DNA from: Octopus vulgaris
Taxonomy: Eukaryota
Assembly: GCA_951406725.2 (NCBI GenBank)
Contig: OX597836.1
Coordinates: 7,254,001 to 7,318,000, forward strand
DNA length: 64,000 nucleotides
Reading direction: 5' to 3'
Below are positions 1 through 13,024 of the stretch, piece by piece (within the stretch, counting starts at the first letter, position 1; each line of letters opens with the position of its first letter). The notes under the pieces were generated by a model, which did not search any database, was not told the DNA's origin, and saw only the letters and a list, made by a program, of their open reading frames with translations. The position numbers were made by a program, and so were the translations under genes.

Positions 1-66
1 GAACATTTTATGGCATTTGGTTACAGATAATCATCATCATCATCATTTAACATCCATTTTCCAACA

Positions 67-114
<48 letters not shown>

Positions 115-747
115 GATAAAGAAATAGAAAGAGGATGTAGCCATCCAACTTGGTCTTGGAGAGCAATAACTGTGAACAGGAACTCATTCCAAAACTGGAA
201 TGACTCTCCTAACTCATGCCAGCATAAAAAACGCGTACAAAAATGAAGCTTATAATAAATGCATGCGTGTGTGCATCTACGTAGGTATGTATGTCTGTCT
301 GTATGTCCATCAATGTTTACAAATCAAAATCAAATCAGATTTATTGACTGAAGTAACAGAAAGGAAATGACAAAAAAACAACAAACAAACAAAACTCCGA
401 CGTCATCCAGTTAGATAAATCCGTAAGAAGCTCTCTTTCGGCTGAAATACTACCTATCTAAATTTCATCTAATTTTATCCTAATTCCTCCACATCCGATC
501 AGCTTCATTGCAAAAACATATAATCCACATTGGAAAGACTGGAATCATATTCCACCTATTTTGGGAAAGCCAGAAAGATAACGAAGACGTCAGATCGGTT
601 TCCAGTTCTTTGCCTTTTTAGTTGGGTTGGTTTTTATTTTTGCTGTTTGTTTTTTTTTAATTATTTAATCTGATTAAGATATTATATAGATGTGGGTGCA
701 GCCAGAGCTATCTGGTTCAGAAGTTCTCACGGCAAGTTTGATACTAG

Positions 748-802
748 ATTTCAAGTTTGAGCCATGATCTCAGGTTTGAGCCATGATTTCAGGTTTGATC
801 CA
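748..802. repeat. 19-bp tandem repeat, ~3 copies (GATTTCAGGTTTGAGCCAT)
   Basis: Three consecutive near-identical units read directly. Confidence 0.8.
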
Positions 803-906
803 CCCAGTGCTTTGGGTGAATGTCTTAATAAGGCGTTGGTTTGGTCAATGTCTTGAGAGGGAAATTTGGTAAAGAGAAACAATAACTGGAAGTTATTGCA
901 TGAGAA

Positions 907-941
<35 letters not shown>

Positions 942-980
942 GAGAAAGGGTGAGAGAGACAGACAGACTGTGTGTTCGTA

Positions 981-1286
981 CATGGTTGTGTGGTAAGAAA
1001 CTTGCTTCCCAACCACATGGTTCCAGGTTCAGTCCCACTGCACGGCACCACTATAGCCTTGGGCCAACCAAAGCATTGTGAGTAGATTTGGTAGACAGAA
1101 ACTGAAAGAAGCTCGTCATGTGTGTGTGTCTGTCTGTTTGTCCCCATCCCACCACTTGACGACCAGTACTGTTGTCTTTGCAGCCCCTGTAACTTAGGTG
1201 TCTGACAAAAAGGGACCAACAGAATAAGTATTGGGGCCAATTCGTTTGACTAAGGCACTACTACACCAAAGTAAAAGATAAAAAGA
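981..1286 (+). mobile_element. tRNA-derived SINE family A, degenerate copy
   Basis: A-box-like TGGTTGTGTGG, B-box-like GGTTCAGTCCC; colinear with the full copy at 34101. Confidence 0.8.
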
Positions 1287-1322
1287 TTATATATATTTAT
1301 ATATATAAATTACTAAGGTCAA

Positions 1323-1355
<33 letters not shown>

Positions 1356-1680
1356 CATCATCATCATCATCATCATCGTTTAGCGTCCGTTTTCCATGCT
1401 AGCATGGGTTGGACGGTTCGACCGGGGATCTGGGAAGCCAGAAGGCTGCACCAGGACCCAGTCTGATCTGGTAATGTTTCTACAGCTGGATGCCCTTCCT
1501 AACGCCAACCACTCTGTGAGTGTAGTGGGTGCTTTTTACGTGCCACCTGCACAGGTGCCAGGTGAATCTGGCAACGGCCACGGTCGGATTGGTGCATTTT
1601 ATGTGCCACCGGCACGGAAGCCAGTCGAGGTGGCACTGGCATCGGCCACAATTCGGATGGTGCTTTTTACGTACCACCGT
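1356..1680 (-). mobile_element. Family D retroposon 3' portion with (GAT)n tail (RTE-like 3' end)
   Basis: (CAT)n-CGTTTAGCGTCCGTTTTCCATGCTAGCATGGGTTGGACGG...CTGGATGCCCTTCCTAACGCCAACCAC on the + strand; more than 10 related copies in the window; internal GGTGCTTTTTACGTGCCACC repeats. Confidence 0.8.
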
Positions 1681-1685
1681 ATATA

Positions 1686-1895
1686 GTTGGTTAATCCAAA
1701 CATGAAAGCACAAAAAAACGCAACAATGCAAGGACGTGGAACAAATATAGTATTATTGGACACTCAGGAAAGAAGGAAAGAAGGAGGGTTTAATGTTTCG
1801 AGCGGAGTTCTTCGTCGGAAACATAGGAGAAGGAAAGATCCAGAGAAGGGAAGACAGAGGAAAAAAAATCGCCAACGGTACACACGCGATCACAT
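1686..1895 (-). mobile_element. Short Penelope-like (pLTR-like) element with degenerate hammerhead motif
   Basis: Near-identical to 18751-18966; minus strand reads GTTT-CCGACGA-A-GAAC-TCC-GCTC-GAAA-CA-TT-AAAC (1788-1822); flanked by TA/CA repeats. Confidence 0.55.
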
Positions 1896-4096
1896 TTATA
1901 TACACACACATGTGCACACGCACACTCACACATACACACACAAACACATGTATACATATAGAAGCGTTTTGAGCTTTTGTTCTTTAGGTTGTTTCAGCAT
2001 GGCAAATGGATATAAAATTATGGTGGTGGTGGTGGTAGGGTGGATGTGTGTGTGTGTGTGTTGTCTGTAGAGGACTGCATGTGATGTATGGCAGTGCAAT
2101 ATATGGACAAGTAGGCATTTAGAGAGAGCTACATGTGACGCATGGCTAGTGTAACATGGTGCCATGAACAGAGAGGCTTTGCCTCCGACGACCCCCACCA
2201 CCACCACCGTCACCACAACGTCTCCCCCACATCCCACTTGATAACCGGCGATGAGAGACCGACCGATGGAATAAATATCAGATCTTTAAAATGATGTACT
2301 GGCGAGAAGGGGGGTGGAATCGATTCGTCTGACTAAACATTTCAAGGAAGGGGGGTGAGGAAGAACTTGCCTCCACCCCACCCCATCCCAGCATGGCTGT
2401 AGTCCAATGAGCGAAATAAGTGAAAGACGAGCGGTAAGAGAAGGATAAAAACAAACATCGTCAGATACCGTATGGCCCAGGACGAAAAAGAAAAAACGAA
2501 AAAGAAAAGAAAAGGTAAAAGAAATAAAAAATGTCCTTGCTTCCATCTAAAATCAGTTTTAATTCAAAGAATAATTCTTCTGTCTTCAGGAAAGAACACA
2601 AAAGTATGAGTAAGAAGAAGAAGAAGAATAAAAACATGAGTCTTACGTAAAGACTTCGAAGAGAAAGAAGAAAGTTTGGAAGCGAGCAGTTTAGTTTTAC
2701 AATAAACAGGGCGACTATTTAAGAAATGCGCTGTTAGTAAACAGTGTTTTTACATAGCTATCTGGGGTAAGGGTAGCCGAGAGCGAGAGCGAGAGAGAGG
2801 GGGAAGGATGGAGATGTACCCAGGGTGGATGTTCTCAGTCAGAACGGCTGCCGGTAGTCAGCAGTTCTGGTGATAAATTACGGTAGGAATATACTGTTAC
2901 TAGCAAACATAATAGTATACAGTAAGTTATATTACATTGAACACACACACACACACACATATATATAAGGACGTATCACGTTATATTGCGCGAAACCAGT
3001 GCTAGAAATAGAAGCTTAACTGAGCCGGGGGAATCACTACCGGCTAGAAATAGCAGTTAAACTCACTTAATTTCTGCTGTATCATCTTGGGAATGTAATA
3101 TATTTGATATTTGAAGAGAGCGGAATGCCTTTGATCGTGGTAGTAATCATAGGCTTGCTTGAACCAGAACTGACCTGGCAGCCAAACGACAATGTCATCA
3201 CTATTATAGACATTATTAACGTCAGCTTCGTAACAAAAGCCCTGTCTCCATCACCAACACTATCATCAACATCATCATCAGAATCATCATCCTCCACCAT
3301 CATCATCACCACCCATATTCCTCTCCTCCGTGACAAATACAAGGATGGGGAAAGAAAAGAGAAAAGGAGTTTTATTCGAGCTATTCATCAATCGCTGTGG
3401 TAACAACTGTTATCAGTCGGTCTCCACGGTAACAAATGTTATCAGTCTCCGGCTCTGCCATAAAGACAAGAAATTTAACATCTTAATAGCAATTCCCCGC
3501 CACCATAATCATTAAAATAACTTTGTCGAGTCTTCCATAGTTTTTCGTCATTATTATTTCATTGTATAGGTCTCCATATATGTTTTAATCATGTTCGCAA
3601 ACTACCGTCTCAGTTTTTGTTAATTTCTTCTTTTTTTTTAATCGATTAGTCTATAGAAAACGGTTGTGGCCAAAAACTTCCATAGGCCCTGTTTGACTAG
3701 AGGCATCAGTCAAGATCTTCACAGTCCCTGCGTGATGAGAAGATGTGGTCATGACTTAGCAAGTCCGATTTGACTGGGAGGGGGGGCAACACTGGATTAA
3801 CCATTAAACAAAATAAACACGTGCTTTGAACATCAAGGGAAGGAAGGGGGAGCCACAGAAATGGTAAATGGTTTACGACACAAAAGAAATCACTTTAAAC
3901 TTGCTAAAATAATATTCAAAGTGGCTTAGATGATCGGAAATATAATTTCAAAGTGTTCGTGGTGTCATTGTGAGGATTTGATCAAAGATCAGTAGGCGAA
4001 AACTTTTCAAATATAAAGTGGATTTATACAAAAATAAACATTATTTTGAATCTTGCTGTTTGTTTTGTTTCATTTTGAATAATAAAATTTAATTTA

Positions 4097-4555
4097 ATTT
4101 AATCGAAATCAAATTCGATGATTGGCATCCATGCTAGTGGAGCGCTAAGAGTACCATACGAGCGTGATCGTTGCCAGAGCAACAAGCTGGACTCCATGCC
4201 AGTGGCACGTAAAAAGCACCATTCGAGCGTGATCGTTACCTGTGTTGCCTTACCGGCACTTGTGCTGGTGGCATGTGAAAGAACATTTGAACGAGGTCGT
4301 TGCCAGTGCCGCTGGACTGGCTCCTGTGCAGGTGGCACATAAAAAGCACCAGTTGAGTGTGGCCACTGCCAGTACCGCCTGACTGGCCCTCGAGCTGGTG
4401 GCACGTAAAAACACCCACTACACTCTCGGAGTGGTTGGTGTTAGGAAGGTCATCCAGCTGTAGAAATACTGCCAGATAAGACTGGAGCCTGGTGCAGATA
4501 TCTGGTTCGCCAGACCTCAGTCAAATCGTCCAACCCATGCTAGCATGGAAAACGT
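4097..4555 (+). mobile_element. Family D retroposon, longer copy with internal GGCACGTAAAAAGCACC repeats
   Basis: Reverse-complement similarity to 1356-1680, 21160-21450 and 22878-23310; ends CCCATGCTAGCATGGAAAACG. Confidence 0.8.
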
Positions 4556-4697
4556 TTCAAGGTTTCAATGATGTGATTGCTTATTTTCACAATGTCATTC
4601 TAGGGTTGGTTTCAGCAGCCAAATCAGGCTAATTTGAACATGAAACAGGCAGAATATTTTTGACTAGATATGACTAATTTAAATGCCAAACAATTAA

Positions 4698-4918
4698 CCA
4701 TTTAGCATTCCGATTACTCTGTCAAATATAATGCTTATTTATTTACATCATTTTGAATTAATCGTGCATTATCTCTTAGCTTTGAGATTTCAATGATGAG
4801 GTTATTTATTTTCAGAATGGCATTGTAGGGTAGGTGCGAGAGTCTGGACATGGCCAGTTTGAGCATAAAAACAAGTAGAATATCTGAGCTGGATATGGTC
4901 AGTTTAAATGCTAAATGG
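4698..4918. mobile_element. piggyBac-type MITE family B
   Basis: TTAA on both sides (4694-4697, 4919-4922); 12-bp perfect TIR CCATTTAGCATT; a truncated sister copy directly upstream (4560-4693) shares the TTAA. Confidence 0.85.
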
Positions 4919-5547
4919 TTAAGCCATGGCCATCCTGCTTCTAAGGACCAGAAAGGACTGGCAATAGATTGAAGCTATTGCGTAGGGTAGATGCTTTCAA
5001 CCACTGTACCCAGTGGTATGGTGCACAGATGCACATGGATGTGTTTCACAGGTTTCTGAAGAAGGTTAGAAAATGCAGGTAAAAAAAACAAACATTGGTG
5101 CTGAATCCACAAGAAGAACACCCTGCACCCTCTGTGGAGTGGTTGGCATTGGGAAGAACTTCTAGTCATAGAAACCTTGCCAAAAGCGACAAGGGCCTTG
5201 CCACCAATCAAACCATCCAACACATTCCAGCATGGAAAGAGACACTAAATGAAATAAAATGATGATGATGAGGAGGAGGAGGAGGAGGGTGGTGATGGTG
5301 ATGATGATGATGATGATGATGATGATGGTGGTGGTGATGAGTGATTTTCATGTTTTTGCGCCAGGGCATATGTGTTCTTTTCGAGTAAAGGGTAACGTAT
5401 GTGCACTCATCACCGTTTTTAAAATTCTCAGTATTCTTTTAGTCTTTTGCTTGTTTCAGTGAGTTCTTATCCATATTCTCTCTAAGGAAAGTTTTTTGTT
5501 CTCCTAAAACAACATCTGAAGAGTCCAACCCCTGCCAGCATGGAAAA

Positions 5548-6100
5548 CTGGCAATCCGTCAGTTACAACGATAAGGCTCCCCGATTGATCTGATCAACAG
5601 AACAGCCAGCTCATGAAATTAACGTGCAAGTGGCTGAGTATTCCACAGACCTGCATACCCTTAACCCTTTCGTTACCAACCCGGCTGAAACCGGCTCTGG
5701 CTCTGTAGTACAAATGTCTTGTTTTCAAAAGTTCTGAATTAAAATCTTCCACCAAACCTTAGTCACAATTTATGTTCCTAACACTAGCTTAATGATGACT
5801 AAGTTATTTTACTAAATTCTTTGTTATATTTAAAATTAATTGAAAGAAACTCAGAGCATCTCAACAGGAATATGGTAACAAAAGGGTTAACGTAGTTCTC
5901 AGGGAGATTCAGTATGACACAGAGTGTGACAAGGCTGGCCCTTTGAAATACAGGTACTACACATTTTTGCCAGTTGAGTGGACTGGAACAAAGAGAAATA
6001 AAGTGTCCTGCTCAAGGACATAGCACGTCACCAGGAATTGAACTCATGACCTTACGATCATGAACAAAATACCCTAACCACTAAGCCATATGCCTTCACT
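5548..6100 (-). mobile_element. tRNA-headed CORE-like SINE interrupted by a piggyBac MITE
   Basis: Minus strand TGGCTTAGTGG (A box), GAGTTCAATTCC (B box), GTCCTTGAGCAGGACACTT core-like block; 3' half matches 7303-7490. Confidence 0.8.
5665..5886. mobile_element. piggyBac-type MITE family A (222 bp)
   Basis: TTAA TSDs at 5661-5664 and 5887-5890; 14-bp TIR CCCTTTCGTTACCA / TGGTAACAAAAGGG (1 mismatch); the empty site with a single TTAA is visible in the paralogous SINE near 7414. Confidence 0.92.
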
Positions 6101-6617
6101 GCCAGCATAGGAACCAGACATTAAATGATGTCAGCAATATCTTTCCAAGTCCAAGCGTACATGAATTTCTTAAATATGATTGAACACACCCATCCTTCAT
6201 TCAACATTGCTTAGCACTCCTCCAGTTAAACACAATAATTTGTTTTGATTTAATTTTGTAAGTTAAAAATAATTTTGTTTTAAATAATTATGTCATCATT
6301 AAGTTAATATCTGGAACATAAATTAACACGGGATTCTGATGGGAGGTTTTTACTTGAGGTCATTCCAAAACAGGGAGCATATATATCACAGAACCAGGTG
6401 TGGCTTCATTTGGGTTCATAACAAAAGGGTTATTGTTGAAATTAGAGAAGAATGCATTGTCAGAAGAGGAGGGGAAGATCTATCAAGTCCATCCCTGTTA
6501 CAGATTTGCTAATTTTACAATTTGTAAAATTCCATCGTGAAATCTTCCCTGACTTACATTTTTCTAGCCATTAGACTGTTGCCCGTGTATTTTGATTAAT
6601 CCAATATAACTGGGACA

Positions 6618-6811
<194 letters not shown>

Positions 6812-6957
6812 GACCTCCACTACTTTTGCTGCCTCTGCATTTCACTGCCGGTCATTTAGTGAGTGAAATAAATCTAATTGTCCAGATATAAAATCTATAT
6901 AGCTATATTTATCTATCAATTTATCTATCTATCTACCTATATATATATACAGTATAT

Positions 6958-7258
6958 ATCACCGTGACCGACCAGGCCATCAGATGTTACTACACATCGC
7001 TGGTCACAATGCACTTCTCATTGTTTTAGCCTTCAAATGATGCCACCCCGCTGGCTAAGCGACCAGGCCAATAGAAGAAAGTGTGAGAGAAAGTTGTGGC
7101 AAAAGAGCACAGCAGGGGTCGCCACCACCCCTTGCCGGAGCCTCGTGGAGCTTTAGGTGTTTTCGCTCAATAAACACTCACAACGCCTGGTCTGGAAATC
7201 GAAACCGTGATCCTATGACCGCAAGTCCACTGCCCTAACCACTGGGTTATTGCGCCTC

Positions 7259-7260
<2 letters not shown>
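6958..7260 (-). mobile_element. tRNA-derived SINE (Arg-like head; possibly an octopus OR-type SINE)
   Basis: Minus strand GGAGGCGCAATAACCCAGTGGTTAGGGC...GGTTTCGATTTCC A/B boxes; ends in TA repeats. Family name is recalled, not searched. Confidence 0.7.
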
Positions 7261-7299
<39 letters not shown>

Positions 7300-7517
7300 T
7301 GTGGCACCTCCATCGGTTATAGTGACTAGGGTCCCAGTTGAACCAAGAAATGGAACAGCCTGCTTGTGAAATTAACGTGTAAGTGGCTGAGTCCTCCACA
7401 GACACGTGTACCCTTAACGTAGTTCTTGGGGAGATTCAGCGTGACACAGAGTGGGACAAGTCTGGCCCTTTGAAATACAGGTACAACAGAAACAGGAAGA
7501 AAGAGTGAGAGAAAGAA

Positions 7518-7740
7518 GGCATATGGCATAGTGGTTAAGAGCACGGGCTATTCTGAGTTCAATTCCAGGCAATGACCTGAATAATAATAATATTAATAAC
7601 AATAATAACATCGAAAAATACCTTAGGAATGAGAACCCAGGTTCAAAATTTCCCCAAGACACCTGACGAAGGTGGGAGGGTATATCAGCCGAAACATAGT
7701 GTTAACAACAAACAAGATGAGGACAAATATCCATCAAACT
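7518..7740 (+). mobile_element. tRNA-headed short element carrying a hammerhead ribozyme
   Basis: TGGCATAGTGG (A box), GAGTTCAATTCC (B box), AAT linker, ATACCTTAGGAATGAGAAC, then hammerhead core; colinear with 60351-60630. Confidence 0.75.
7658..7703 (+). ncRNA. Minimal type I hammerhead ribozyme motif (partly decayed)
   Basis: GACAC-CTGACGA-A-GGTGG-loop-CAGCC-GAAA-CA-TA-GTGTT; stem I GACAC/GTGTT; stem II is damaged relative to the 60.5 kb copy. Confidence 0.65.
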
Positions 7741-7803
7741 AACAATCATTATCAAGCAGTGGAGAGACAAATACATTATATATAGGTGTGTGTGTGTGTA
7801 TGA

Positions 7804-7845
<42 letters not shown>

Positions 7846-8069
7846 GTGTGTGTACCTGTGTGTGTACTTCCTTGTCTTGACATCTCATGATAATTGTCAA
7901 CAAGTGTTATTTGTTTCCAATCTTCCATGAAAACATGTCTGGCCACGAAGATATATTGGCTTGCTTGGAAACAAGCAAGGATTAGCAACAGGAAGGGCAT
8001 CCAGCTGTAGAAAATTTGTCTCAACAAATTCCAATTCTGTCTGACCTGTGCAAGCATGGAAAAGGGGAC

Positions 8070-8370
8070 AGTGATGATGATGATGAGAGAGATGACGACA
8101 ATGATGATGATGATGAGTGACGACAATGATGATGACAACAGTGACGATACGGACAATGACGGTGATGATGATGATGATGATGATGATGACAAACGATAAT
8201 GACAGCTATAATGATGATGATGATTATGATGACTGATAATGATGATCTTGACAACAATGACAACAACAAAAGCAACAAAAATGATGATGATTATGACAAC
8301 CATGATGATGATGGCAATGATGCTGATGATGATTATGACAGTGATGATGACGATGATGCCGATGACGATA
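8070..8370. repeat. Degenerate (GAT/GAC)n low-complexity tail of a family D element
   Basis: Follows GCAAGCATGGAAAAGGGGAC; read directly. Confidence 0.9.
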
Positions 8371-8756
8371 CACCAAACACCTACAGACTGATGACAGACG
8401 AGAGACAAGCCCTGGTGATTTAGCTACCAGCCAGGTGTAAAGTTGCCGACTGACGAGAGGTGAGAGGTGGACAGACAGACAGACAGAGGAATCAGGCTCT
8501 TGTTTCCCAGCCCATATCACTTCATTAGTTCCAGGTTCTGTGCTGTGAGGAATGTGAAGCATCTTTCAATAACATTTCATTCCAAAAGCCAGAACCATTT
8601 TGTTTGCTTTTTTCTTTTTTCCTTCCTTATATATTTTTTTTTTTTTTTTGTGAGGAGGGGTTGTTTTATTTTGCTTTTACTTTTTAGGGTTATTTTTTTT
8701 GTTTCCTCTTGCAACATCACACATTCTTGATTGGTGCCCCCACATTAAATTTATTA

Positions 8757-8974
8757 CATCATCCATCACATCATCATCATCATCATCACATCACATCATC
8801 ATCACCATCACCATCATCATCATCATCACCATCACCATCACCATCATCATCATCATCACCATCACATCGTCATCACCATCATCATCATCATCGTCAACAT
8901 CATCATCATCACCATCACCATCATCATCATCATCACCATCACATCGTCATCACCATCATCATCATCATCATCAT
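8757..8974. repeat. (CAT/CAC)n microsatellite
   Basis: Read directly. Confidence 0.95.
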
Positions 8975-9459
8975 CTTCGTTGTCAGCACACTCATATCCT
9001 TTATCATTTACTTATTTCAGCCATTAGGCTGTGGCCATGTTGGGGCACTGCCTAGAAGAATTTTAACCAAACAAATCAACCCCAGTACCAATTTTTAAAG
9101 CTTGGTTCTTATTACGACATTCTTTTTTGCCAAACTGCTAAGTCTCTTTGTGTCTGTATTTGCCCCCCCCCACCTCTTGACAATGGGTGTTGGTGTGTTT
9201 ATGTCCCCCGTAACTTAGCAGTTCAGCAAAAGTGGTTAGAGTGTTACCCTCACGGTTGCAAGATGGTGGTTTCAGAGCCTAGACTGAGTGGTGCATTGCA
9301 TTCTTGAGCAAGACACTTCATCTCACGTCGCTCTGCAATTGCTTTGACACCTGACTTGTGATACACTGCACACACCTATTCAGTCAATGTCAGTTTGAAG
9401 GAGGGAGGGAGTTCTTCAAGGACAGCACAAGCATTTGATCTACGTAGGCTGTTCATAGA

Positions 9460-10575
9460 TCCTGGCATCCACCATATCTGTTCCTCTAGAATTTTTATTC
9501 TTGCTTTAAATTCTTTCATTCAGTCTTCAATCCCCATACCATGACACCACTTTCGTAGGCCTTCCTTCAGGGCAACAAAATCCAAAAGGATAGCTGGAAG
9601 CAGGATACTGAAGCAGATCCAAAGGTCCAACTGGAGAGAAACAGGAAAAACAGCCTGGTGTTGAGAACAAGAGAGAAATGTAGTAAATGCATTTTACTCC
9701 ATGGGGAGCAAATTGCTTCTGTGATACACCACATGTTGCCTTATACATTCACTGCACCATGTGACTCTGCCATACATCCTGACATTCACCAAATTTATTC
9801 TAGTTCGTTTCTCATGCTTTTATACTTTTGTATTCTGTTTTTATTTTCATGCTGCAGCCCCACCTTTAGGGGTATCAATCAATTAAATTAACCCTGATAG
9901 GCCTTCCTTCAGTGCAGCAAAATCCAAAAAGATAGCTGAAAGTCAGATCCTGCAGCAGAACTGAAGAAGCAGGGATCCAACAGGAGAGATGCAGAAAAAT
10001 ACAGCCCAGCTTTGAGAACAGTATGGAAAAGTCATCGATGTCCTACACTACATTAAGAGCAAAAGGCTTCAGTAATACACATGTTGTCCTCTACATTCCC
10101 TGCATCATGTGACTCTACCACACATCCTGATTATTCACTACATTTGTTCTTCTACTTTATTTTTCTTGCATTTATACTCTTGTATTCTGTTTTCAATAGC
10201 AATGCTATGCTACCACCCGCAAAGGATTCAACCAAGTAAATTAACCCTGATAGGCCTTCTTTTAATGCAGCAACATCCAAAAGCATAACTGAGGACAGGA
10301 TATTTTTTTCTACTCTAGGCACAAGGCCTGAAATTTTTTTGGGGGGGCAGTCAATTAGATTGACTCCAGTATGCAACTGGTACTCAATTTATCAACCCCG
10401 AAAGGCTGAAAGACAAAGCCAACCTCAGCGGAATATAACTGGGGACAGGATACCGAGGCAGAAATGAGAAAGGATCCAACAGGAGAGAAGCAGAAAAGAG
10501 AGCCCAGAGTGAAGAGCAATGTAGAAAAGTGGTCGCTGAACTCACTCCATTACAAGTGAAGTGCTTCAGCGAGTA
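9460..10575. repeat. Diverged ~345-bp tandem repeat, ~3 units
   Basis: TAGGCCTTC...GCAACAAAATCCAAAA restarts at 9556, 9898 and 10251; the third unit is interrupted by a SINE B fragment (~10300-10440). Confidence 0.8.
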
Positions 10576-10701
10576 AATATATATAGCATCAATTAACTTG
10601 ATACACAAAGCATCTTAACATAAGTATAAACTCAACTGACACACATAGCATTTAGGAATACAGATTGGTGAACTGGGACACATGACATCTATAATCTAGG
10701 G

Positions 10702-11699
10702 CAGTGGTTCTCAACCGGGGGTCCAAATGAATCCTGGAGGGCCATGCAAGAAAAATAGAAAAATTGGGTGCCCAATGTAGTATATTAAGGGCCCATGAAA
10801 AAAAGGTTTGCTTCAGATGTATTTATTGCAAGAAATGGCTAAATTCCTTTTTCTCTAACGTTCGAACTACACAAGTAAATATGTCAAAAGTGAAATAAGA
10901 ATTTTGAAAGCGGTAGCTATAAAACTAGTTTATGAACATGGAGTAGCCATGGGGGTCCATCGGAATAAAAGAGTAATCAAAGGGGGTCCATGCAAGCATA
11001 TAGTAAATTGGGAAGCCACAATAATATTTTAAGGGCCCCTGAAAAGATTTAGTTTTAGATGTGTGTAATTGGTGTGTATTGCAAGAAACAGCTAGGTCTT
11101 GTTCTCCGATATTTTACAGAGATCATTGGAATAAAATGATATTCAAAGAGAGTTCGAAGATAAAAAATGGTTAAGAACTACATTTTACATAGTTCAACCT
11201 ACACAAGATAATACATGAAAAGCAAAATGGAAATTTTGAAAGAAGTATTTATAAAACTAGTTTGTGAACATGGAATGGCTGTGGGGGTCCACCGGAATAA
11301 AATGATATTCAAAGAGAGTTCAAAGAGAGAAAATGGTTGAGAACCACGTTTTAACATAGTTCAATCGACATAAGTGAATGTGTGAAAAGCAAGATAGGAA
11401 TTTTGAAAGAAATATTTATAAAACGTGTTTATGAACCTGAAATGGCTCTGGGATAGGGACCATCAGAATAAAACGGTAATCAAAAGGTACCACAGATAAA
11501 AAAAAAGTAGTTGAGAACCACGTTTAACATAGTTCAACCTACACAATACATGAAAAGCAAAACAGGAATTTCGAAAGAAGTATCTATAAAAATACTTTAT
11601 GTCCATGGAATGGCTATAGGGTGGGGTCCACTGGAATAAAATAGTAATTAAAGGGATCCCTAGATTTGAAAAGAAAAACAAAACAGTTGAGAACCACTG
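10702..11699. mobile_element. hAT (Charlie-like) non-autonomous element with internal tandem duplications
   Basis: Termini CAGTGGTTCTCAAC / GTTGAGAACCACTG; the right-end block recurs near 11170, 11335, 11510 and 11686. No matching TSD. Confidence 0.75.
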
Positions 11700-12828
11700 A
11701 CCGATGAAGTATTATTTTGACTGTGAGAGACGTACAATGCACAGCATCAAAGACTAAGGAATATAGTGTCAATTTTCCTTTTTTTTAAGTGTTAGATCAA
11801 AGAAGTAGGTAAAAATGTCTCTGCCCCATCTTTATTCTTACCTCATAAACGTAGGCATTATTAATCCTGAAGTAGGCAGAATATATCCAAGGTGAACATT
11901 TTCGAATAACTTTTAAAAGCGTGTTAAGACTCCTCGCTGTATGTCATATACACATAAACATACGCATGCACACAGACACGCATATATAGAGATGCCTGTA
12001 TGTTGCGTGTGGCGGCAGAATACTATAAACACTTGTGTCACAGAACTTAGAAGTTTGCTGGCAGCTTGACAATACTTGGTTGTGTATGCGAGAGGGTGTG
12101 CACTTGGCTGTGTATGTGCGTGAGTGCGTATGTGTGTATGTGTGTGTGTGTGTGAAGCTGGTTTTGAGTGTGTCAGTGTGTGTGTGTGCGGCTCTAGATG
12201 TGTGTATGCATGTGTGAGGAAAGAGAGAGAGAGAGAGAGAGTGTTTGCCAACAGTGGTAGTAGTAATCGTAAGAGTTAAGCAACAGAGGAAGTAGGATGA
12301 GTGAACAACTGTGGAGGCAGGAGATGATGAGATGAGGAGCGGGAGGAGTATAATTAGAGCATGTGTGTGTGTGTGTGTTCGCGTGCTATGGGATGGGGGG
12401 TGGGTCGAAAGGGAGTGGAGTGAGAATTTAAACAGAACAAAAATGCAAACCAAGACAAAAAAAAGGGAAAAAGCAAAGATAGAAAATATGTAAAAAAAAA
12501 TATATAAATAAAAAAGATAAAAATTAAGAAAATGCAATTAAATTTAATTAAATATTTTCCATTCGTTGAATAATATAGTCTTTTTTTATTTATTTATTTA
12601 CTTTTTTGTTTCTTTCATCTTGTACTTATTTCAGTCGTTAGACTGCGGCCATGCTGGGGCACTAGCTTGAAGAATTTTTAGACAAATGAATCGGCCCCAA
12701 TGCTTTTTTCTTTTTTCATAAACCTGGTACTTATTATATCGGCCTCCTTTGCCAAACTGCTAAGTTACAGAGACGTAAACTCAAACACTACTCGTCAAGG
12801 GTGGTGGGGGACAAACACCGATACAAAG

Positions 12829-13021
<193 letters not shown>

Positions 13022-13024
13022 ATA

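Noticed and set aside
396-593. Two GACGTCA (CRE-like) sites
   Set aside because: Neither is a full TGACGTCA palindrome and there is no independent evidence of a promoter.
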